The position numbers and the translations under genes are program-made. Below are positions 10,632-21,500 of a stretch of 64,000 nt of DNA, in pieces. Within the stretch, counting starts at the first letter, position 1. Every line of letters starts with the position of its first letter. The notes under the pieces were generated by a model that ran no database searches, was not told the origin of the DNA, and saw only the letters and a program-made list of their open reading frames with translations. Source of the DNA: Desulfatiglandales bacterium (lineage in GTDB: Bacteria > Desulfobacterota > DSM-4660 > Desulfatiglandales > Desulfatiglandaceae); contig OY762721.1 of assembly GCA_963666345.1 (NCBI GenBank), forward strand, positions 2,400,001-2,464,000, given 5' to 3'.

Positions 10632-11168
10632 TTACGCCCTTGCCTTGATCCTTTTCAGCTCGGAGACAATCGAATCCCCGGGTTTGCTGAGTGCCGCAAG
10701 CGCCCCTGTGGTGAATTTCGCGACAATCTCCCCGAAGATGATGGAGACCAGCATCGGGGGGGCGAATACTCCCAGAAAGGCGATAAGATTGAACAGGATG
10801 CTGTCAAGGGGGATGCTCACGAGGTTCGACCCGGTAACCCTCTGGATCCAGGGCCTGTGGAGCAGCCTCTGGTATATTTCGGTGTCCGCTGTTTCGCTCA
10901 GCACAATGGCTATGAAGGATGCCGTAATAATCCGCCATTCAACCCCCAGGAAAATCGACTCAAGCACCATGCCCACCGCGGCTATCATTATCATGGAGTA
11001 GACCCACTTGCGGCCATACCTGTGTACCCTGTCTCTCTGCGTGAAGGTCACACCGAACACGAGGGTCCCTACCGAGAGAAGTCCGAATACGGGAAGAGGC
11101 ATGAACCATGTGGCCGTAAGGTTGGCGACCAGCACGGCTGCTATGTAAATGACCATGGACGTTATCAA
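10632..11168 (-). CDS. VUT/YhhQ-family transporter (queuosine-precursor-transporter-like)
   Basis: Hydrophobic protein with VLVANLT, FTQRDRVH, ASFIAIVLSETADT and SNLVSIPLDSILF motifs; start uncertain (11168 or 11156). Confidence 0.8.
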   Translation of the reverse strand: MITSMVIYIAAVLVANLTATWFMPLPVFGLLSVGTLVFGVTFTQRDRVHRYGRKWVYSMIMIAAVGMVLESIFLGVEWRIITASFIAIVLSETADTEIYQRLLHRPWIQRVTGSNLVSIPLDSILFNLIAFLGVFAPPMLVSIIFGEIVAKFTTGALAALSKPGDSIVSELKRIKARA

Positions 11169-11280
11169 ATTTGGATCATCTCCCGATTAGGTGGTGTTAA
11201 ACATGGCTAAATAAAGAAATCCTTTTTATTTAAGCGGCTGAGACCTCGCAGGATTCAAGGGGTCGAGGATTCTTCGCTTT

Positions 11281-11381
11281 GCTCAGTCCCACCCTTCGAC
11301 CAACTCAGGGCGGGTTCCCGGTTTCTTTGCTCCGCTTGCGCTTCGCTCAGTCCCACTGCTTCGCAGCGGGTTCCCGGTTTC
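11281..11381 (-). repeat. Two tandem units of a REP-like palindromic repeat (CCGGGAACCCGC-hairpin-GTGGGACTGAGC on the minus strand)
   Basis: Units at 11281-11325 and 11345-11381; same consensus at 13910-13950 and 25751-25787. Confidence 0.75.
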
Positions 11382-11826
11382 AAGCATTCCAGTGCTTCAT
11401 TGAAACGGCGGATGAAACCGCTAAAGCATTAGAAAGATTTAAAGCTGTTTCAGAAATCCTGGAAACTCTTTTCAGGTATATAGAATAAATGAAAAAATCT
11501 CAAATAACATAAGGTACGCAGAGATCAATAAATTGTTAAAAATACCGATAAAGTCTTTAGAAAACAAACCCTTGAACCATTGACTCCTTGTGCCCTTGGA
11601 CCCTCTTCGCCAACTAAGTTGGAGAAGAACTTCAAATATTTTGCTCCTTTTAGCTCTCCGGGATAGGTGAAAACAAGTACCCCATGGGATAAAAAATGTC
11701 AATCCGCTACCCTAATTACTGAGGGGTCACCTGATTTACCTGATGAATTTCAACCTGATCGGAAGATGTTCCTTATTGAATAAAATTGCTCCCAAGAACA
11801 AAAGCGTTTTATACTATTATGCCTAT

Positions 11827-12849
11827 TTATCCGAAAAGGGCAATGTTTGGAGGGGAGAGGATATCAGGGTCTTTTTCAAAAAAAACCTCAAGGACCTCCC
11901 TGACCTCATCCATTGAGCAGGCCTTGAGGATCTTTGATCTGAGGGTGTGGCCAAACCTGAAATTGGCCGCAAAATAGGCAGAGAAAAGCCTGAATCTCCT
12001 GAGTGCGACGGTTTGTTCAAAATATTTTGAGAGCAGTTCAGCCATTCTGAGCGAGGATTCCCTGTATACGCCTTTTTCAGGTTTGAAATCGTCCGTCCAT
12101 TCGGCAAAGACCCATGGTCTTGAGGCGGCAAGCCTTCCGAGGGCCACCCCGTCGCAGCCTGTCTGGTTTATCATCCTGAGGCACGCCCCGGCGTCAAAGA
12201 CATCGCCGTTTCCAAACAGGGGAATAGAAACGGCCGATTTTACCTCGCCTATGTACTCCCACCTTGCCGGTCTTGTCCTCATGTCCGGTGCAATCCTGGG
12301 ATGAAATGTGAGCGCGTCTGCTCCCGCCTGTTCAAAGCGCCCGGCAAGTTCAACCGCGATGCTGGTGTCTTTCTGCCAGCCGGCCCTGAATTTCACGAAA
12401 AGAGGTATGGATATGGCCTTTCTAACCGTGGAAACGATCCTTTCAGCCAGAGGGGGGTCCTTTAAAATGGCTGCTCCCAGATTTTTCTTGCACACAGTGG
12501 CGGCCGAGCACCCGAAATTTATATCGAGTCCAAAAAATCCTTCCTCTTCCACATGGCGGGCGGCCCTTGCCATGATATCAGGCTCGTTTCCGAAAATCTG
12601 GCATACAAGCCGGGGTAGCTCCCTCGGGTTCCACCTGAAACCGGATGGACCGTGTCCCTTTGCGCTCGGAATCGACCTGGCTCCCGTCATCTCGGTGAAC
12701 AGAAGGCCGCAGCCCCCGAAAGAGGAGACAAGCTCTCTGAAGGCAAGATTGCCGATCCTCGCCATGGGGGCAAGGATAAGCCTCTTATCTATGACCTTTC
12801 CCCCTATCTTGACTGGGCGGTTTAAAAGCCTTTTGAGTTCGTTTTCCAT
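11827..12849 (-). CDS. tRNA-dihydrouridine synthase family (DusB-like)
   Basis: LAPMA, QIFG, DINFGC, VKFRAG and GNGDV motifs. Confidence 0.9.
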   Translation of the reverse strand: MENELKRLLNRPVKIGGKVIDKRLILAPMARIGNLAFRELVSSFGGCGLLFTEMTGARSIPSAKGHGPSGFRWNPRELPRLVCQIFGNEPDIMARAARHVEEEGFFGLDINFGCSAATVCKKNLGAAILKDPPLAERIVSTVRKAISIPLFVKFRAGWQKDTSIAVELAGRFEQAGADALTFHPRIAPDMRTRPARWEYIGEVKSAVSIPLFGNGDVFDAGACLRMINQTGCDGVALGRLAASRPWVFAEWTDDFKPEKGVYRESSLRMAELLSKYFEQTVALRRFRLFSAYFAANFRFGHTLRSKILKACSMDEVREVLEVFFEKDPDILSPPNIALFG

Positions 12850-12892
12850 CTATCCGTATCTACCGGCATCCCATGTTTGAAAACTGAATGAA

Positions 12893-13288
12893 TTATGAAA
12901 CGGGCCACTCTCCCCGCTCCTTGAGCACGTCTTTAAACACGGAAAGTGCTTCGTTTACCGCGGGCATCCCGGCATAGGGGGCGACCTGAAAAAATATTTC
13001 CGTAAGTTTTTTGGGGTCGCATCCCACGTTCAGGGCGGCATTGACATGCAGGCGCAGTTCATCCCCGGCCCTTATGGCGGCCAGCATGGCACAGGCTGCC
13101 ATCTGCCTTTCAGGCAGGGTGAGCACGGTGCGGGAGTAGAGATTCCCGGTTATGAACATGGAAAAATCGTTTGCAAGGTCCCTGTCGAATTCCTTCCACA
13201 TCATATAAGGGGGGTCGATCTTCGCTCCGTCTTTGAACAGTCTGGTTGCTGTCCGCCTGGTTGTTTTCCTTAATTCCTCCTCTTTCAT
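12893..13288 (-). CDS. Carboxymuconolactone decarboxylase family protein
   Basis: LYSRTVL..ER, ELRLHVNAALNVG and QVAPYAGMP motifs. Confidence 0.85.
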   Translation of the reverse strand: MKEEELRKTTRRTATRLFKDGAKIDPPYMMWKEFDRDLANDFSMFITGNLYSRTVLTLPERQMAACAMLAAIRAGDELRLHVNAALNVGCDPKKLTEIFFQVAPYAGMPAVNEALSVFKDVLKERGEWPVS

Positions 13289-13590
13289 TTCTCCGGCTCC
13301 TCCTTTTCGGGTAAGGGTTCCACATACTTTACCGACCGTTTGTTCAGGATTTCCGCCTGCTCCTCAATGCCGAGGCCCGTTCTTCTGGCTATTTTTTTAG
13401 CCTGGTTAAGGGAGTAATAAAAGTTGAATATGATACCGATCACAACGGATGCGGCAAGGGCGTACCATTTCCACAGGAGGAGTCCCAGGATGCCTGCCAG
13501 GATTATGAGGATGAGATATATCATACCGTACTTGCGTGCCCTGTCGCTGGCCTCCAGGACAAGTTTTTCCGCCTTCCTGTTTTTGTCCAT
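13285..13590 (-). CDS. Small two-TM membrane protein
   Basis: Two hydrophobic helices; ATGA overlap with the next gene. Confidence 0.65.
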   Translation of the reverse strand: MDKNRKAEKLVLEASDRARKYGMIYLILIILAGILGLLLWKWYALAASVVIGIIFNFYYSLNQAKKIARRTGLGIEEQAEILNKRSVKYVEPLPEKEEPEK

Positions 13591-13840
13591 ATACTTTTCC
13601 CCTGCGCTTGTTCCTCAAGTTTATGAATGGTTATATATGGGCCTTTCTTTAATACGGTTTTCTGAAAATGGTCTGTCAGGCCTGATTTTTTATTAATATA
13701 GTCCGTAAATTTATATATTTCAAAAGGGTGTCGCAAGTCCAGAGATATGCCGAGATCCCGGTTCACGTTTGATTGCGCCTCGATCAGGGGGACAAACGTC
13801 TTGACATAGGGATTTTCAAAAATAGAATAACCCCATAATT

Positions 13841-14133
13841 TTGATGAATTCGTAAAAAGAAATAATTGAGACGGCAAAGTAAAAAGTTCCAAATGCAAGG
13901 CTTGCGCTTCCGGGAACCCGCCCCGAGCCTGTTGAGGGGTGGGACTGAGCAAGACCTTTAGGGCCTTGCAAAGAATCTTGAGGAATGAGGCGTGCTTATC
14001 CCGCTTCCGGCGGGACCGCAATGATTCACCCTGTTCAATCGGCTAGGTCGTCTCGCACAGCGAGAATTGAACAGGGCGAGGATGAAGCATAATCCCGCGT
14101 GGCGCGGGATTGGATTTTTTACGAGACCGTCAA
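13841..14133. mobile_element. MITE-like non-coding element with terminal inverted repeats and nested palindromes
   Basis: Left TTGATGAATTCGTAAAAA versus right TTTTTACGAGACCGTCAA (reverse complement TTGACGGTCTCGTAAAAA); contains a REP-like unit (13910-13950) and a CCCTGTTCAAT...ATTGAACAGGG stem. Confidence 0.6.
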
Positions 14134-14153
14134 TCTTTAAGCTGGGGAGCAGT

Positions 14154-14567
14154 ATGTCACAGACTGAATGGCATGAAACGCAAATTCGCGTCCGCTACAA
14201 GGACACCGACCGGATGGGGGTGGTCTATTACGGAAATTACCTGACCTTTTTCGAGGTGGGAAGGACCGAGTTTATGCGGGACCTTGGCCTTTCCTACTCA
14301 AGCCTCGAGGCGGAAGGCTATGCGCTGGCGGTGACCGAGGCATACGCGAAATATCATGCAAATGTGGATTATGACACAAAAATTATTGTCAAAACCGCCA
14401 TCACAAATTTGACGAAGGTACGTGTCAGATTCGACTATGAGGTGATCGACCGGGAGGAAAATATCCTGGTAACCGGCTACACGGTCCACGCCTCAATTAA
14501 TGAAAACAAGAAGGCGGCAAGAATTCCCGCTTCACTGCGTGATCTGATAGAAAAGAGCCTGAAATAG
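14154..14567 (+). CDS. Acyl-CoA thioesterase (YbgC/FadM, 4HBT family)
   Basis: RVRYKDTDRMGVVYYGNYLTFFEVGR motif. Confidence 0.92.
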   Translation: MSQTEWHETQIRVRYKDTDRMGVVYYGNYLTFFEVGRTEFMRDLGLSYSSLEAEGYALAVTEAYAKYHANVDYDTKIIVKTAITNLTKVRVRFDYEVIDREENILVTGYTVHASINENKKAARIPASLRDLIEKSLK

Positions 14568-14691
14568 AGTGCCTCCATGGACCGGTGATTACGCTTTTCC
14601 ATTTTTCCCTGCCCGCTCTGCAGATTTGCCCTGAAAATCTACAGATTATTAACCTAGTGCTCATCCATAAATAAATTCTGGGCACGAGTGA

Positions 14692-14831
14692 GTTTCCAAT
14701 CCAGAAACGGGATATTTTTGCAAGATCAAGGACATCAAGGGATTACGCGGAGGCGTAGTGGACTACGCCGCACAAGTGATCCCGCAGATTGACGCAGAGA
14801 TTGTGAAAAAGAGCCATTTATAGATGGAAAC
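14692..14831. mobile_element. Second MITE-like element (~140 bp)
   Basis: Ends GTTTCCAATCCAGAAA...TTTATAGATGGAAAC are imperfect inverted repeats; central GGCGTAGT-GG-ACTACGCC palindrome; sits between convergent genes. Confidence 0.55.
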
Positions 14832-14835
14832 CAAC

Positions 14836-16089
14836 CTAGAAAGTATAGGCCAGGGATATAGCCGCCATGTGCGTCTGCTGGCTGTAGGAGCCGTTTGAAG
14901 TGGCAATGGCATTGTTTTTGTCCCGCCCCTTGTAGCGCTGATAAGCATAGGTGAGAGAGCCTGTGAGGTTTTTAAAGCTCTTGGAGACGCCCAGGCTCAG
15001 GAGGTGCTTCTGGGCATCCGATATGGACGGCTCAAATGTCTCATCATTCACAGGGCTCCCGTCATAGAGGTAACCGAACAGGAGATCGAGCCCCTCGTCT
15101 ATCCTGTATTTTCCTCCCGCATTGAATGCGTAGTTGTCGCCCCAGTTCTTGGCTACTACAGACATTGTCTTTCCGGCTACCGGGGTATCAAAGAAAAGGG
15201 TGAGGTCCTCGTAGCAGGACCACTCCTCCCACCTGCATCCGATCTCAAAGACAAATGAGTCTGTAACCTGAAATGCAAGACCCGCAAAGGCCTGTGCAGG
15301 AAGGTTTATTTCGCCGTGCCCGGTGGTGTTGTTCAAAATGGGAGGCACCTGGGGAGTGAACTCGATATCCCCTTCCACCTCAAGGTCAAATCCGCTTCTG
15401 TACGACAGTCCGAAAGAGATCCTGTTTGTAATCTTGTAGAGGAGCCCCAGGTTGAACCCCCATGCGTCCCCGTCCGCTTCAAACTTTCTGTTCCCGTCTA
15501 TAGGTCCGAGCGGAAACTTGTTTTCAAGCCTTATGTCGGCAGTTAAAAAATCAACGCCTGCGGCCATCGTGAATCTGTCAGTCACGCGCCAGGCCATGCT
15601 CGGGTTTACAAGGAAGGACTGCATCTCACCCTCGGTGCTCAGGTATCTTCCCTCCCATGCTGATGGCCATTCGTTTCCCAGGCCGAAAGGGTTGTTTATG
15701 CCCAGCCCGGCAGTGAACCTGTCATTTATGTGCCAGGCTGAAAAAAGCGTAAAAGGTGTGCCGAGGTTGGATTCCGATTCAGTGGTAAGCCCGCTTGTAG
15801 AGCTTGTAAATTCCTTTGAAGGGGCAATGAGCACTACCCCTGTTTCGACCTGATTGCCTTTGAGTTCCGAAAGGGTGGCCGGGTTGAAAAAGCTGGAGGT
15901 AGGCCCCTCGGGACTTGCCACGACCGAGTTTCCTCTTGCAAGCTCTCTTGCTCCGTGGGTGTAGACCGCAAAACCGCCCGCCGAGGCGTAAAAGGGCGTT
16001 ATGAGGACCGCCCAGCCTGCAAGCGCAAGGGTCAGCAGGCAGGTGTACAGGTGTTTGTATTTATTATGTGCCCTTTTTTGTTTTTCCAC
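14836..16089 (-). CDS. OmpP1/FadL-family outer-membrane transporter
   Basis: Signal peptide, AGGF N-terminal hatch, FFNPA, PFGLGNEW and C-terminal YTF. Confidence 0.9.
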   Translation of the reverse strand: MEKQKRAHNKYKHLYTCLLTLALAGWAVLITPFYASAGGFAVYTHGARELARGNSVVASPEGPTSSFFNPATLSELKGNQVETGVVLIAPSKEFTSSTSGLTTESESNLGTPFTLFSAWHINDRFTAGLGINNPFGLGNEWPSAWEGRYLSTEGEMQSFLVNPSMAWRVTDRFTMAAGVDFLTADIRLENKFPLGPIDGNRKFEADGDAWGFNLGLLYKITNRISFGLSYRSGFDLEVEGDIEFTPQVPPILNNTTGHGEINLPAQAFAGLAFQVTDSFVFEIGCRWEEWSCYEDLTLFFDTPVAGKTMSVVAKNWGDNYAFNAGGKYRIDEGLDLLFGYLYDGSPVNDETFEPSISDAQKHLLSLGVSKSFKNLTGSLTYAYQRYKGRDKNNAIATSNGSYSQQTHMAAISLAYTF

Positions 16090-16376
16090 AGTGCCACCTC
16101 CGGAGTAGATCTTGATTTTACTCAGCTCAGGTACCGGTGCGTGTATCAGTATGAAGATCCTTTCAGTTCCCGGTTAAAGATGCCGCTCAAGGTACTATAG
16201 CCATATGGAAGCAAAAGTAAAGGGAGAGTATCCTTTTTCGGAATGTGTCTCGGTTCTGTGGCTGGAACCTGCTTTTTTTATCATTATTCAGGCGTGGCCG
16301 ACTCAAAATCCGGGATGCTTCGTGCCTGAAAATAACGGCAAAATGAATTAATATTTTTTTTAATGAATTATACTTC

Positions 16377-16404
16377 TTGACAAATGAACATGGGTTCATA
16401 TATT
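16377..16404 (+). promoter_or_regulatory. Promoter with palindromic operator (probable TetR autoregulatory site)
   Basis: TTGACA-N16-TATATT with ATGAAC-N4-GTTCAT (16384-16399) between the boxes. Confidence 0.65.
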
Positions 16405-16435
16405 TGAAATGGAATTCATTCAGAAGGAGAATCCT

Positions 16436-17056
16436 ATGCCGAAACCAGCCGGAAAGAGGAAGGCCGCCTGGGAAGAGATGATGAAACAGTCGATTTTTGA
16501 GGCCACCGTGTCGGTAATGAAGGAGCATGGTCCTGCAGGCATACGCATGGACCTTGTGGCAACGGCTGCGGAAATAGCCACAGGGACCCTTTACAACTAT
16601 TTCAAGGATAAGGACTCCCTGCTTCTTCATGTCATCGATACACTGTTTAATCCATATCATGAACAATTGGATGCCATACTAAAGAGCAACATGGATCCAA
16701 AGGACAAACTTGAAGCCTATTTTGGGCTTTCATGGCGGACTTTCAGTGAGCAGAGGGATCTTATCGCCATTCTTACTCAGGCAAAAGATCTGGGGCTTAA
16801 ACAGGGTTCGGGGAAGGACCCCGAAGAGCATTACCGGGTAACGGTTATCAAAATAATTCGGGAGATCATCGAAGAGGGAATCAACAAGGGTGTTTTCCGC
16901 AGATGTCACACCTTTGAAGCCGCCGCCATGGTTTTTGCCTCTGTCGACGGAGTTATGGAGCTAAAACTCAGGGGTCTGGCCCCTGAAAGGGCTGTAGAGG
17001 AGGATGTCCAGGATTGCATGGCCTTTATCCTTCCGGGTATTCTTGCACCTGCCTGA
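16436..17056 (+). CDS. TetR/AcrR-family regulator
   Basis: HTH IRMDLVATAAEIATGTLYNYFKDKDSL; AAGGAG RBS before ATG 16436. Confidence 0.92.
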   Translation: MPKPAGKRKAAWEEMMKQSIFEATVSVMKEHGPAGIRMDLVATAAEIATGTLYNYFKDKDSLLLHVIDTLFNPYHEQLDAILKSNMDPKDKLEAYFGLSWRTFSEQRDLIAILTQAKDLGLKQGSGKDPEEHYRVTVIKIIREIIEEGINKGVFRRCHTFEAAAMVFASVDGVMELKLRGLAPERAVEEDVQDCMAFILPGILAPA

Positions 17057-17178
17057 AGCAGTAAATGTCATAAGTGAATTGTTACAAATACCGGGTCCCA
17101 ATCTGACTGTGCAGCCATCTTTTAGGGTTGGGAAGGGAAACAAATAATTTCATTGAACATCAGAGTGTCGGAGGTCTT

Positions 17179-18477
17179 ATGCGAATCAACCATATAATCA
17201 AGATAACTGCCGCGGCAGGTCTTCTCCTGTCCGGTTTCATATCCGCCGGGTGCGAGCCTGGAAATGCGCAAAGCGGGCAGCCGCAGGACCGCACCCCCGA
17301 GGTTGCGGTGGTGACTGTCAAGCCACAGTCGGTGGCCTTGACCACCGAGCTGCCGGGACGCACGTCACCCTATATGCTCGCTGAAATCCGTCCCCAGGTA
17401 AACGGTCTTATCCAGAAGCGTCTGTTTGAGGAAGGCTCCGATGTAAAGGCCGGGCAGGTTCTTTATCAGATCGACCCTGCACCTTTTCAGGCGGCCTTTA
17501 ATAACGCGGCGGCAAATCTTACCGCCTCACGCAAGGCAGCCGAACGTGCCCGGGCAGCAATTGAAACGAGTATAGCAGGTGTCACCCAGCAGGAGGCCGT
17601 GCTGGCATTTGCCCGGACCAATCGGAAGCGGTTTGAAGAACTGTTCAAGGATCGGGCGGTGTCGGCCACCCAGCTCGACCAGGCCGTGACAGACGCGGAT
17701 GTGGCGGAGGCCGGGCTAAAGGCCGCCAAGGCAAGGGTGGAGAGCGAAACACAGGCACTGGCGGCATCGGAAGCCGCTATCCTGCAGGCGAAAGCGGCTT
17801 TGCAGACAGCCCGTATCAATCTGGGTTATACCGGAATCACCGCCCCTGTTTCCGGTCGTATAGGCAGATCCAATGTGACGGAGGGAGCCATAGTGACGGC
17901 GTATCAGCCTGTGGCCCTGGCGGTGATTCAGCAGCTCGACCCGATATATGTGGATGTGCCTCAATCCTCGGCAAAACTGCTGCGGCTTAACCGCAGCCTC
18001 AAGAGCGGGCGCTTGAACGGCAAAGGCGAAAACCAGAAAAAGGTAAGTATGATCCTGGAAGACGGGTCTGATTACCCGCTTGAAGGCACACTCCAGTTCC
18101 GGGATGTAACGGTTGATTCCACTACAGGGTCCGTGATCCTGCGTATCAAGTTTCCGAACCCTGATAACATCCTTCTTCCGGGCATGTTTGTAAGGGCGGT
18201 TGTTCAGGAAGGTATCGCCGAACAGGCCATTATCATTCCCCAGCAGGGGGTATCTCGAGATCCAAAGGGAAACCCTGTGGCCCTGATCCTTAATGGTGAA
18301 GGCAAGGTAGCCCAGCGCATGCTTACCCTTAACAGGGCCATGGGAGACAAGTGGCTGGTTTCATCAGGACTGTCCGCAGGAGACCGCCTCATTGTGGAAG
18401 GCTTGCAGAAGGTGAGACCCGGTGCCGAAGCAAGGCCTGTTCCCTTTGAAAGTGAAAAGACAGATCCCAGTAGCTAA
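17179..18477 (+). CDS. RND periplasmic adaptor subunit (AcrA/MexA-like)
   Basis: Lipobox ISAGC; ELPGRT, AEIRPQVNG, APVSGRIG and LLPGMFV motifs. Confidence 0.93.
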   Translation: MRINHIIKITAAAGLLLSGFISAGCEPGNAQSGQPQDRTPEVAVVTVKPQSVALTTELPGRTSPYMLAEIRPQVNGLIQKRLFEEGSDVKAGQVLYQIDPAPFQAAFNNAAANLTASRKAAERARAAIETSIAGVTQQEAVLAFARTNRKRFEELFKDRAVSATQLDQAVTDADVAEAGLKAAKARVESETQALAASEAAILQAKAALQTARINLGYTGITAPVSGRIGRSNVTEGAIVTAYQPVALAVIQQLDPIYVDVPQSSAKLLRLNRSLKSGRLNGKGENQKKVSMILEDGSDYPLEGTLQFRDVTVDSTTGSVILRIKFPNPDNILLPGMFVRAVVQEGIAEQAIIIPQQGVSRDPKGNPVALILNGEGKVAQRMLTLNRAMGDKWLVSSGLSAGDRLIVEGLQKVRPGAEARPVPFESEKTDPSS

Positions 18478-18502
18478 GAATAGAATTTAAGGAGAAACCT
18501 GA

Positions 18503-21500
18503 ATGTTATCGAGATTTTTTCTTGACCGCCCGGTCTTTGCCTGGGTGATTGCCATCATCATGATGCTTGCGGGCGGTCTTGCCATATATACACTTCCCAT
18601 ATCGCAGTATCCGCCTATCGCCCCGCCTTCGATCGCAATCGAGGCGACCTATCCGGGGGCCTCGGCCGAGACCGTGGAAAACACGGTCATCCAGATTATC
18701 GAACAGAAGATGACCGGGTTTGACAAGCTGATCTACATGTCCGCCACAAGCGATTCGGCCGGCTCCGGCCGCATTGAACTTACCTTTGCGCCGGGAACCG
18801 ATCCCGATCTTGCATGGTCAAAGGTCCAGAACAAGCTCCAGCTTGCCATGGCAAGCCTGCCTGAAGTGGTGCAGCGTCAGGGCGTCAAGGTGAGCAAATC
18901 AACCGCCAATTACCTGCTTGTGGTCGGCCTTGTTTCCGAAGACGGAAGCATGGACGGAAACGACCTGAGGGACTACGCCAAGTCCAATGTGGAAAAGGTG
19001 CTGGCGCGCGTGCCGGGCGTGGGGGAGGTGGAGGCCTTCGGCTCCCAGTATGCCATGCGGGTCTGGCTGGATCCGGACAGGTTGACCGATTTTCACCTGA
19101 CCGTGGAAGACGTTATAGGCGCCCTTCGAAGCTATAATGTGGAGGTCTCGGCCGGTGCCTTCGGAGGTGCCCCGGCGGTTAAGGGCCAGAGGCTTAACTC
19201 CTCAATCATAGTCCAGAATCTGCTTCAGACCCCTGAGCAGTTCGCATCGGTTCCGATACGCACCAACCCTGACGGCTCGGTCGTGCGTGTAAGCGATGTG
19301 GGACGGACTGAACTGGGAACAGAGTTCTACGGCGTTGAAGCCCTGTTCAATGGAAATCCTTCGGCAGGCCTTGCCGTGCGTCAGTCCGCCGGGGCCAACG
19401 CCCTTGATACGGCCGATGCTATAAAGAACAAGATGGAGGAGCTATCAAACTATTTCCCGGCCGGCATGAAGGTGATCTATCCTTATGACACCACCCCCTT
19501 TGTAAAGGTGGCCATCGGAGAGGTGGTAAAGACCCTTCTGGAGGCGATCCTGCTGGTGTTTCTTGTGATGTATCTTTTCCTGGGAAACATGCGGGCAACC
19601 CTGATACCCACCATCGCGGTCCCGGTTGTAATCCTGGGGACATTTGCGGTGCTGTCGCTTTTCGGATTCTCCATAAACATGCTCACCATGTTCGCCATGG
19701 TGCTGGCAATCGGTTTGCTCGTGGATGATGCCATAGTGGTGGTGGAAAATGTGGAACGGGTCATGGCGGAAGAGGGTCTTTCTCCAAAAGAGGCAACCCG
19801 CAAGTCGATGGGCGAAATTACTAGTGCTCTCATCGGAATCGGTCTGGTGCTCTCAGCCGTATTCGGCCCGATGATCTTTTTTGCCGGCTCAACAGGTGTC
19901 ATCTACAGACAGTTTTCAGTCACCATCATAGCCTCCATGCTGCTTTCGGTGGCAGTGGCCCTGATCCTGACGCCGGTCCTTTGCGCAACGCTTCTCAAAC
20001 CCGTGGCCAGAGGGCATTCATCTTCGGACAATGTATTTTTCCTGTTCCGCCCCTTTTTCCGCTGGTTCAACCGGATGTTCTCGATGGTCAGGGGCCGATA
20101 TCAGGCCATGGTCGGGGCCATGCTTGCAAAGAGGCTGCGTTACCTGTTCTGTTTTCTCCTGATAGTGGTGGCCCTCGGCGTTCTTTTCCAGCGGATGCCC
20201 ACCTCCTACCTCCCGGACGAGGACCAGGGGATCCTGTTTTCTCAGGTGATGCTGCCTACCGGCTCCACCCTGGAGCAGACAGATGCGGTAATGGATGAGG
20301 TGAGGAAGTACTTTCTGGAAGATGAAAAGGAGGCTGTGGAGTCCTGTTTTACGATTTCAGGTTTCAGCTTTTCCGGGCAGGGACAGAATATGGGGATGGC
20401 TTTTGTCCAACTGAAGGACTGGGACCTGCGTGAAAAACCGGCCCTTAAGGTCGATGCGCTTGCAAAAAGGGCCATGGGAAGGTTCGCCCGCATCAGAAAC
20501 GCCATGGTATTCGCCTTTGCCCCGCCGTCCGTGATCGAGCTGGGTAATGCGGAAGGGTTTGACTTTGAGCTTCAGGACCGCGGCGGCATAGGCCATCATG
20601 CCCTTATGTCGGCCAGAAACCGGCTTCTCGGTATGGCAGCTGCTGACCCGCGCCTTACAGCGGTCCGGCCCAACGGCATGGAGGATCAGCCCCAGTACCG
20701 GGTGGATGTGGACTGGGAAAAGGCGGGCACCCTGGGGGTGCCTGTTTCCACCATCCATAACGGGATATCAGCGGCATTCGGAAGCGCATATGTGAACGAC
20801 TTTATCCAGGGGGGCAGGGTAAAGCGGGTCTATGTTCAGGCGGACGCCCCATACCGCATGCTGCCCGATCACCTGGATAAGCTCTACTTCAGGGGCAACG
20901 GGGGCGCCATGGTGCCCTTTTCATCCGTTGCGACCGGTTACTGGAACCAGGGCTCTCCCAGGCTGGAAAGATACAACAGCTTTCCCGCCTTGAACATCCA
21001 GGGCGAGCCGGCACCGGGAGTAAGCTCGGGTGATGCCATGCAGGCCATGGAGGAGATCGTTTCGAAGCTGCCCCGGGGCACAGGTTTTGACTGGACAGGT
21101 CTTTCCTATCAGGAGCGGATGAGCACCTCCCAGGCGCCTATCCTGTACGCGGTTTCGATTCTCGTGATTTTTCTTTTTCTTGCGGCACTTTACGAGAGCT
21201 GGACCATCCCTGTGTCCATTCTTCTGGCATTGCCGCTGGGTGTAGTCGGGGGGGTTCTTGCCTCCTCGTGGAGGGGGATGCCCAATGACGTCTACTTCCA
21301 GATCGGGCTTTTGACCGTGCTGGGGCTTACCACCAAAAACGCCATACTGATCGTGCAGTTTGCCCAGACAAAGATGGAGGAAGGCATGGACCTGATTCAG
21401 GCCACCCTCGAAGGTGCAAGGCTAAGGCTGAGGCCTATAATAATGACCTCGCTTGCATTCGGGTTCGGTGTGTTGCCGCTGGCAACGGCCACCGGAGCTG

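Noticed and set aside
7400..11250. Purine or preQ1 riboswitches upstream of the BMP operon, purB or the VUT gene
   Set aside because: No consensus aptamer recognised by eye; an Rfam scan would be needed to exclude them.
13521..14021. 166-aa minus-strand ORF
   Set aside because: Runs through the MITE/REP repeats and an AT-rich promoter region.
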